A stretch of DNA of 64,000 nt from contig CAWCVB010000006.1 of NCBI GenBank assembly GCA_963798915.1, forward strand, positions 256,001-320,000, in the 5' to 3' direction. The notes under the pieces are model-generated. The model was given only the letters and a program-made list of their open reading frames with translations, made no database searches and had not been told where the DNA came from. This stretch comes from an uncultured Gemmatimonadales bacterium. Its GTDB lineage: Bacteria > Gemmatimonadota > Gemmatimonadetes > Gemmatimonadales > GWC2-71-9. Below are positions 57,156 through 64,000 of the stretch, piece after piece (position 1 is the first letter of the stretch; each line of letters begins with the position of its first letter). Both the position numbers and the translations under genes were made by a program.

Positions 57156-59543
57156 TCAGGGCGAGGTGGAGTCGCGAGCGTCCGGAGCGCCCTCGAAACG
57201 CCGAGCACGCAGCTCGTCATACGCCGCCTGCACGGCCGGATCATTCGCGAGCTGGACGGCCCGTTGCAGGTTGGCCAGTGCCCGCTCAACATCGCCTCGC
57301 TCTGCATAGGCGAAGCCCAGCGCCGTGAGCGGATAGGAGAGCGCTCGCGCCTGCACCTGGACGGATGGATCCAGCTCAGTCGGTTCGCCCTCGAGCAGGC
57401 GGGCATAGCGATAGGTATGCCAGGCGAGCGAGTCCGTCATTGCCAGATCCACCGGCCATTGCCCCAGCACGCCGGTCAGGATACCTGGCGCGCTGGTATC
57501 CGGCGGGACCGGAAGGATGCGGTAGCCGAGCCCGCGCTGCAGCACGCGGTCGCCCAACCCGCCGAACGAGCGCCCCGCCGTGATGGACCAGACAATCGGA
57601 CGGCGTCCCAGGTTCTGCTGCAGCATGCGAATGACAAGCACGTCGTTGGGATAGAAGATCGTGCCCGGCGGATACACATGGGTGAAGCTCCCGAAATTGA
57701 CCGACAGCGCTTCGGACAACTGGACCGGCGCACCGGCTTGCTCGATTTGCGCGTCCGTCATCGTGTGCAACGGCCAGGTGGGGCGCACGGCAGGCGTATC
57801 ACGCCAGATGAGCGGCAATGCTTGCCGGTTGAGATTGCGGATCGGATTGTCGCGAAGTTGCCGCATGTACCAATTGGTCTGGCTGAGCGCCAGGCAGACC
57901 ACGGTGACATCCTGGCGAATTCCCTCCACTTCCTGCGCCCACCAGAGCGGGAACGTATCGTTGTCGCCGTAGGTCACCAGGATCCCGTATGGCGGCGCCG
58001 TGTTGAGCAGGTCATAGGCAAAGTCCGCGGCCAGCCGGGCGTCCGGGCCATGCCGGCGCGAAGCTGATGTCCAGTTGAGCGCCAGCGGGACCAGGGCGAT
58101 GGCAAGCACCGCGCCGCCGGCCGTGCGCGACCAGCCGGCGCCTCGTTCCCAGACCTGTCGCGCGAGGACCGTGAGGCCGACGCCGGCCCAGAGGGCCCAG
58201 ACCACGAAACTCACCACGAAGAAATAGTCGCGCTCCCGCACCTCATGATTCTCGGAGCCAGGAAATGCTCCGTAGCCCAGGCTGAAGCCAGGCTTGAAAT
58301 TCATGTATGCCACGAGGCCGAGGCCGGTCACGAGGAAGAGGGTGAACAGGAGCCACCAGGCTGGACGGTTGGCCCGTCGCTGGTGCACCCAACCCGTCCA
58401 CCCGAACCAGAGAAATGCGATCGTCACGAACGAGCGTAGCGGGATGCTGAGCAGACGCGCCCCAAGGCTTCGGGCAAACTGCCAATCGAAATACTGCACA
58501 TAGTTGAGGAGCTGCAGGCCGACGATCTGCAGTGACCGACCCGGATTGTCGGGACCGTGGAACACCGTGGGATCGTCGAACGGGGTTCGCACCGGATACT
58601 GCGCGCGGCGAATGACCGCGAGCAGCGCGTTCCAGGTCTCCGGCGCGGCCTCGTTCAGCATGGGGTGCTGGGCCGATCGGATGTAGAGATAGAGATAGGG
58701 CGTGACGCCAATGGCGGCGACGAACAGCGCCACCAGGCCGAAGGACAGCGCACCGGCGCCGGCCGCAAACGCGAGCGCCGCCACGAAGCAGATGAGCCCA
58801 AGAACGGTGAGGGTGACGTTGCCCAGCCCGGACCCCACCAGCAGCGCCCAGATGCCGGTGACGATGGCCAGTTCAGCCCACTCACGCTTCTGTTGCTGGG
58901 GATCGGCCGCAGGCTCGGCCCGCAAGGTCGCCCACATGAACACCATGACCGCCGGACCGGCCAGCAGCGCGAGGAGGTGATTGCTGATCGAGACGCCGCC
59001 AAGGTAGACGATCAGCAGCAGAACGCGCCGCGCGGTACCGGTCCCTCGCCGATGCCGCCAGACGTGGCAGAGCCATGCGATGGCCCCAATCGTCATCGTG
59101 GCCACGGCATAGACTTCGGTTTCGTTGGAGTTCTGCCAGTTGGTGAACGTGAACGCGCCAGCACACGCTGCTGCCGCAGCCCCCGCCAGCGCCAGCATGC
59201 GGCGTTCGCCCGCCGGCATCCCGTGCAGAACGCCCCGCAGCGACTCGTGGACAACCAGGAAAAAGAACCCCGCTCCGGCCGCACTGAGCAGTGCACTCAA
59301 CATGTTGGTCCGGAAGGCAAACTCACCGATCGGCACCAGCAGACCCCAGACATGGGCGATCAGCACGAACAGGGGAGTGCCCGGCGGGTGCGGGATGCCG
59401 AGAATCCTCGCGGCCGCGATGAACTCGCCCGCGTCCCAGAAGGTCACGGTCGGCGCCAGCGTCAACAGGTACACGGCGAATATGGCGGCAGTAACCGCAA
59501 TGGCGGCGCGGTACGGCGGAGGGCTCTCGTCCGGTGTTGTCAT
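57156..59543 (-). CDS. DUF2723 (TMEM260-like) GT-C-type membrane protein
   Basis: TLAPTVTFWDAGEF, GIPHPPGTPLF, ETEVY, EVRERDYFF, GDNDTFPLW; many TMs. Confidence 0.9.
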   Translation of the reverse strand: MTTPDESPPPYRAAIAVTAAIFAVYLLTLAPTVTFWDAGEFIAAARILGIPHPPGTPLFVLIAHVWGLLVPIGEFAFRTNMLSALLSAAGAGFFFLVVHESLRGVLHGMPAGERRMLALAGAAAAACAGAFTFTNWQNSNETEVYAVATMTIGAIAWLCHVWRHRRGTGTARRVLLLIVYLGGVSISNHLLALLAGPAVMVFMWATLRAEPAADPQQQKREWAELAIVTGIWALLVGSGLGNVTLTVLGLICFVAALAFAAGAGALSFGLVALFVAAIGVTPYLYLYIRSAQHPMLNEAAPETWNALLAVIRRAQYPVRTPFDDPTVFHGPDNPGRSLQIVGLQLLNYVQYFDWQFARSLGARLLSIPLRSFVTIAFLWFGWTGWVHQRRANRPAWWLLFTLFLVTGLGLVAYMNFKPGFSLGYGAFPGSENHEVRERDYFFVVSFVVWALWAGVGLTVLARQVWERGAGWSRTAGGAVLAIALVPLALNWTSASRRHGPDARLAADFAYDLLNTAPPYGILVTYGDNDTFPLWWAQEVEGIRQDVTVVCLALSQTNWYMRQLRDNPIRNLNRQALPLIWRDTPAVRPTWPLHTMTDAQIEQAGAPVQLSEALSVNFGSFTHVYPPGTIFYPNDVLVIRMLQQNLGRRPIVWSITAGRSFGGLGDRVLQRGLGYRILPVPPDTSAPGILTGVLGQWPVDLAMTDSLAWHTYRYARLLEGEPTELDPSVQVQARALSYPLTALGFAYAERGDVERALANLQRAVQLANDPAVQAAYDELRARRFEGAPDARDSTSP

Positions 59544-60721
59544 CCGTTGAAGTCCTGACCCCCGAAGTCCCGGGCAAACCGCAGGGCGTGGCAGGTAGTG
59601 GCGACGTCATGCACCCGGAAGAGCCGCGCGCCGCGCTCGTAGCAGAGCGCGCAGCAGACGGCGGTCACCGCATCCCGCAGGACGAGCGGAGCGTCCGGCG
59701 CCACCCCGAGAAATCGCTTTCGTGACGGACCGACCAGCACGGGATAGCCTGGCGCTACGAGGGTCCTCAGCTGATCGGCGATCAAGATATTCTGCTCCGG
59801 CCGCTTGGAGAAGCCAAGACCTGGATCGAGCACCAGTCGATCGAAGCTCACACCCGCCTCCAGCGCCGACGCCGCGGACGCGAGCAACTCGCGGCGTACC
59901 TCGCCGATCAGGTCCCCGTACGACGCATGTACGTAGGAAGCGAGCTCGAGCGGAGTGCCGCGCGAGTGCATCAGCACCAGCCCGGCGCCAGCGTCGGCCA
60001 CGATCCTGGCCAGGGCGGGCTCGTGTCGGAGCGCGGTAACATCATTGATTGCGTGCGCCCCTTCGGCGAGCACGGCGTACGCCACATCAGCCTTCATCGT
60101 ATCCACCGAGATCGTCACGTCGGGAAGGCGCCGGACGATGCCGCGGAGGATCGGCAGGAGGCGCGCGAGTTCTTCAGCCGCCCCTACCGTCGTCTCCCGA
60201 CCTGGACGGGTGCTCTCGCCACCAAGGTCCAGCACCTCGGCGCCCTCGCTCACAAGGCGCTCGGCATGCGCCAGGGCCGCCGCCGGCGTCCGGTGCAGGC
60301 CGCCATCCGAGAAACTGTCGGGCGTGACGTTCAGGATGCCGACCACGACGGGCGCATCCAGGGAAACGGTGTGCCCGCGAACCCGCCATACGCGGGCTGG
60401 CGCGGCCGGGAGTGCCGCCGCCACTGCGGTCGCCAGGTCCGCCAGCTGCGGCGGTACCGTCCAGGGACGTGCGAGGGCGCCGAGTCGCGATGTGCCCCCG
60501 GCCACGACGACCCAGTCCGATCCTGTGACCACTTCCAGGCCCATCGGTCCCGCGAACGGCACGAGGGCCTCGATCGCCTGAGCGTCGAGACCCTCGATAT
60601 GTACTGCCACCGGCGACAGACCGGCGGCGGCGTCCGCCGCCAGGGCCGGGTCCCATCCGTGTCGTACAAGGACGTCCCGCACCGCGCGGCCGGACCGCGC
60701 GTCGAGCGGGGTGGCGATCAC
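59540..60721 (-). CDS. folP: Dihydropteroate synthase with N-terminal extension
   Basis: GILNVTPDSFSDGG, DLGGESTRPG, SVDT, INDV, DPGLGF, SRKRF, RVHDV. Confidence 0.95.
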   Translation of the reverse strand: MIATPLDARSGRAVRDVLVRHGWDPALAADAAAGLSPVAVHIEGLDAQAIEALVPFAGPMGLEVVTGSDWVVVAGGTSRLGALARPWTVPPQLADLATAVAAALPAAPARVWRVRGHTVSLDAPVVVGILNVTPDSFSDGGLHRTPAAALAHAERLVSEGAEVLDLGGESTRPGRETTVGAAEELARLLPILRGIVRRLPDVTISVDTMKADVAYAVLAEGAHAINDVTALRHEPALARIVADAGAGLVLMHSRGTPLELASYVHASYGDLIGEVRRELLASAASALEAGVSFDRLVLDPGLGFSKRPEQNILIADQLRTLVAPGYPVLVGPSRKRFLGVAPDAPLVLRDAVTAVCCALCYERGARLFRVHDVATTCHALRFARDFGGQDFNG

Positions 60722-62700
60722 GCGCCGGCAGGCTCGGCGGGTGGAATGCCGAGAATGGGCGCCCGACCAGGCGCACCATCGGGCCGAGGCGTGGGAGCGA
60801 GCCGGGCTGGCTCGGGTGTCTCCGGTGGTCGCGGTGGCAGCGTCCCGCCCCGGAAGAGCGTCATCACGGCTTCGTGATCGATGGTCTCGCGTTCCAGAAG
60901 CGCATCAGCCACCCGGTTCAGGAGATCCCGCCGATCGGTCAGGATGGTGTGGGCGCACTGGTAGGCAGCATCCAGCAGCGCCTTTACTTCCTCGTCGACG
61001 ATCCGGGCCGTGTGCTCTGAGATTTCACGCCGCTGGGCAAAATCGCGGCCCAGGAAGACTTCCTGCTCACGCTCGCCCACCGCCATCAGGCCGACGCGAT
61101 TGCTCATGCCGAATGTGGTGACCATCTGCCTGGCAATATTGGTGGCGATCTGGATGTCACTCCCCGCACCAGTGGTAACCTTGGAAGGCCCGAAGACCAG
61201 TTCCTCGGCCACCCGTCCGCCAAAACTGATGGCGAGTCGGCCCACCAGAAATTCCCGCGTGTGGCCATAACGGTCGCGCTCGGGGAGCGAATGCATGACG
61301 CCAAGCGCCCGCCCGCGTGGAACAATGGTGACCTTGTGCACCGGGTCCGCGCCAGGCGTGTACAGCGAGACCACCGTGTGGCCGGCCTCGTGGAAGGCGG
61401 TGAGGCGACGATCCTCCTCCGAGAGCACGAGGCTCCGCCGCTCCAGGCCAAGGGTGACCTTGTCCTTGGCATCCTCGAAGTCGGCCATGCCCACGAGGGA
61501 CTTGTTGCGCCGGGCCGCCAGGACAGCCGCTTCGTTCACCAGATTGGCCAGGTCCGCGCCAGCCATGCCGGGGGTACCCTTGGCAACCACGTCGAGCTTC
61601 ACGTCACTGGCGAGGGGAATCTTCCGGGTGTGAACGCGCAGGATGCCCTCCCTGCCCTTCACGTCGGGCGCGTCGACCACGATCTGCCGGTCAAAGCGTC
61701 CTGGCCGCAGCAGCGCCGGATCGAGCACATCGGGCCGGTTGGTCGCCGCCAGCAGGATGACTCCGTCATTCGATTCGAAACCATCCATTTCCACCAGCAG
61801 CTGGTTGAGCGTCTGCTCCCGCTCGTCATGACCGCCACCCAGCCCGGCTCCCCGATGCCGGCCCACCGCGTCAATCTCATCGATGAAAATGATGCAGGGC
61901 GCGTGGGCCTTCCCCTGCTCGAAGAGGTCACGAACGCGCGAGGCGCCAACACCAACAAACATTTCGACAAAGTCGGATCCGGACATGGAAAAGAACGGAC
62001 GTCCGGCCTCGCCGGCCACCGCGCGGGCGAGCAGGGTCTTGCCCGTACCGGGCGGGCCCACCAGCAAGGCCCCCTTGGGCAATCGCCCTCCAAGGCGCGT
62101 GAACTTCTGCGGGTCCTTGAGGAACTCGATGATTTCCTGCAGTTCAACCTTGGCCTCATCCGCACCGGCGACGTCCGCGAAGGTCACCTTGGGCGTGTCA
62201 CCGGCCAGCAGCTTGGCCTTCGATTTCCCGAACGCGAACGCGCGGCTGCCGCCCGCCTGCAGTTGCCGCATCAGGAAGATCCAGAGCGCGATGATCACGA
62301 CCCACGGAAGCGCCGCAATGAGAATGGCCGCCAGGGCTCCTCGCTGCTCCTTGGCCTTGATGATGACACCCGCGTCCTCCAGCCGCTTGACGAAGGCCTC
62401 GCTATCGGCCACGGGGAGGAGCACCTTGAAGCTCTTCACCGCGTGCCCGCTCACGGTCACCGGCGCCCGGAAGTCTCCCTCGATGTACTTGCCATCGAAG
62501 ATCTCGACGCTCGAGACATTGTGGGCCTCCAGCTGCTGACTGAATTGCGTGTAGGAGAGCTCCTGCGATGCGGCCCGCTGGCTGTTGATGTACTGAAACG
62601 CAGCGAGCGCCACGAGGCCGAAGAGCACCCACAACGCGAGATTCTTGCTCAAATTGCCCCAGCTGCCCTTGGGAGGGCGGGGCGGCAGTCGTTCCGCCAT
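60718..62700 (-). CDS. ftsH: ATP-dependent zinc metalloprotease FtsH
   Basis: Two TMs, [30 protein letters not shown]. Confidence 0.99.
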   Translation of the reverse strand: MAERLPPRPPKGSWGNLSKNLALWVLFGLVALAAFQYINSQRAASQELSYTQFSQQLEAHNVSSVEIFDGKYIEGDFRAPVTVSGHAVKSFKVLLPVADSEAFVKRLEDAGVIIKAKEQRGALAAILIAALPWVVIIALWIFLMRQLQAGGSRAFAFGKSKAKLLAGDTPKVTFADVAGADEAKVELQEIIEFLKDPQKFTRLGGRLPKGALLVGPPGTGKTLLARAVAGEAGRPFFSMSGSDFVEMFVGVGASRVRDLFEQGKAHAPCIIFIDEIDAVGRHRGAGLGGGHDEREQTLNQLLVEMDGFESNDGVILLAATNRPDVLDPALLRPGRFDRQIVVDAPDVKGREGILRVHTRKIPLASDVKLDVVAKGTPGMAGADLANLVNEAAVLAARRNKSLVGMADFEDAKDKVTLGLERRSLVLSEEDRRLTAFHEAGHTVVSLYTPGADPVHKVTIVPRGRALGVMHSLPERDRYGHTREFLVGRLAISFGGRVAEELVFGPSKVTTGAGSDIQIATNIARQMVTTFGMSNRVGLMAVGEREQEVFLGRDFAQRREISEHTARIVDEEVKALLDAAYQCAHTILTDRRDLLNRVADALLERETIDHEAVMTLFRGGTLPPRPPETPEPARLAPTPRPDGAPGRAPILGIPPAEPAGA

Positions 62701-63267
62701 CTAGTCGTCCGACTCCAGATCCCCGATAAACGGGAGATGTCTAAAGTTCTCCGCGTGGTCCAGGCCGTAACCGACCAGGAACGCGGGAGGTGCATCAAAG
62801 CCGACGAAGCGCAGCCCCGGCGGCGTGCGAGGCGCCACATGCTTGTCCAGCAGGGCGCAAATAGAAATGCTCTGCGGATTGCGGTTGCAGAGGATTTCCA
62901 TGAGGCGCACCAGGGTGCGCCCCGAATCGATTATGTCCTCGACCAGCAGAATGTGCTTGCCGGCCAGCTCGGTTTCCGGATCATAGAGCAGCCGGACCGT
63001 CCCGCTGGAGACTGTTCCGCGCCCATACGAGCTGGCAACGAGGAAGTCCACGTGAATGGGCCGCTCGATACGCCGCACCAGGTCGCTGAGGAAGATGAAA
63101 CTGCCCTTCAGCAGGCCGAGCACGAGCAACTCGCCATCCGGATAGGCGGCCGTGATTTCAGCCCCAAGTTCCGCAACCCGGCGCGCGATCGTTGCCTCGT
63201 CAAAGACGATTGAGCGCATCCGCCGGCCGCCGGTGCGGCGCAGGACATCAGGGCTGGATAGCGTCAA
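62701..63267 (-). CDS. hpt: Hypoxanthine phosphoribosyltransferase (start TTG 63267 or ATG 63219)
   Basis: GLLKGSFIF, SSYG, LLVEDIIDSGRT, FLVGYGLD. Confidence 0.96.
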   Translation of the reverse strand: MTLSSPDVLRRTGGRRMRSIVFDEATIARRVAELGAEITAAYPDGELLVLGLLKGSFIFLSDLVRRIERPIHVDFLVASSYGRGTVSSGTVRLLYDPETELAGKHILLVEDIIDSGRTLVRLMEILCNRNPQSISICALLDKHVAPRTPPGLRFVGFDAPPAFLVGYGLDHAENFRHLPFIGDLESDD

Positions 63268-64000
63268 TCCTCAGGGCCTCCGTTCCGGGTTCCGGCAGAT
63301 CTGCCTGGCTTCGGCACACTCCGGGCAGCCAGAGTGCGCTGCCCTCCAGCTCGATCACCGGCCACCGGCGCCGCTGACTTGACGGGATCCGCGCCTCCTG
63401 GAGAAGGCGCACCAATGGCCGATGCCCAAGGCTCCCCAGCGGTTGCATTCGCTCGCCCGTGCGGGGCGGACGCACCGCCATCCCGGCAACGCCAAACCAG
63501 GCGACCGCGCCCCGGCGTTCCTGGCGCGCAGGCGCCTCGTCAGGAGTGACATGCAGCCTCCAGCCGCCCCACCGGAACTCACTTTCTCCGGCCGTGAGCT
63601 GAAGGCGCTCTGGTACCGGCTCCGGACGCTCCAGGCGCAGGCGCCCGAAGGCGCTGGCCGCGCTCCACCCCTGACCCAGCGGCACCCAACGCCCACTTCC
63701 ACCGCTCCTAGCGAGCCCCAATGCACGTTCCGCACCGACCCTGCTGAGTACCAGTCCGACGCGTCGGGCAAGTGCCTCCAGCACGGCCAACGACACTTGG
63801 GAAGAATACCCCCCCAGCGTCCCCCCAGCAACGGAAATACCGTCGCTCTCACCGACCACATCGAGGTTCGGCAGCAGGTCCAGCACTGCATCCCACGCAT
63901 CCCGCCGCTCGGCTGATCGCGTCGCAACCCGGTCCAGCGTCTCGGTGACGCGCGGCCAGCGACCTTCGAGCAGCGGCATCATCCGATGGCGAATCCATGC
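63248..64000 (-). CDS. tilS: tRNA(Ile)-lysidine synthase, C-terminal part (starts upstream of the window)
   Basis: WIRHRMMP, TilS_C motif RPPRTGERM...LLQEARIP...RRRWPV; tilS-hpt-ftsH synteny. Confidence 0.88.
   Translation of the reverse strand, partial: AWIRHRMMPLLEGRWPRVTETLDRVATRSAERRDAWDAVLDLLPNLDVVGESDGISVAGGTLGGYSSQVSLAVLEALARRVGLVLSRVGAERALGLARSGGSGRWVPLGQGWSAASAFGRLRLERPEPVPERLQLTAGESEFRWGGWRLHVTPDEAPARQERRGAVAWFGVAGMAVRPPRTGERMQPLGSLGHRPLVRLLQEARIPSSQRRRWPVIELEGSALWLPGVCRSQADLPEPGTEALRIDAIQP

Noticed and set aside
3089..57406. Extended N-termini in the ORF track (deoB 4795, alr 5610, ftsY 12693, murE 27979, mglB 43367, ileS 56613, yggS 57406)
   Set aside because: They run deep into upstream genes; shorter starts match family N-termini and stop/start overlaps
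1..64000. CRISPR arrays, IS elements, rRNA, riboswitches or long tandem repeats
   Set aside because: None seen by eye; intergenic gaps are nearly all under 100 nt

Overview
High-GC bacterial chromosome segment, almost all on the minus strand with tightly overlapping stop/start codons. Gene content and order suggest Gemmatimonadota or a related FCB-group lineage (inference). In transcription order (right to left): (1) housekeeping tilS(partial)-hpt-ftsH-folP-DUF2723-yggS-ileS-dksA-lspA-rluD; (2) an ~18 kb putative operon (51313-33281) in which a receptor-less, Bacillus/Thermotoga-like chemosensory set (cheW-cheY-cheA-cheC ... cheR-cheD-cheB-cheW-cheW) is split by a seven-gene module: a giant TPR protein, two DUF4388/TPR proteins with MshEN-like c-di-GMP motifs, three roadblock proteins (TPR-roadblock, MglC-like, MglB), the GTPase MglA, and a protein of two DnaA-type AAA+ domains with no DNA-binding domain; it ends with a coiled-coil/TPR protein and an HExxH peptidase; (3) tRNA-Val, a secreted TPR protein, tRNA-Asp; (4) the dcw cluster rsmH-ftsL-ftsI-murE-murF-mraY-murD-ftsW-murG-murC-ftsQ-ftsA-ftsZ, then an M23 peptidase, a VWA protein, ftsY and recG; (5) asnS, mazG, alr, deoB, cdd, a lipoprotein/outer-membrane pair and miaB (partial). 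Block 2 is the best candidate for an undescribed system. No mobile elements, CRISPR arrays or rRNA were seen. recG and mazG each carry a frameshift that may be an assembly error. All calls come from reading motifs by eye; no searches were run.
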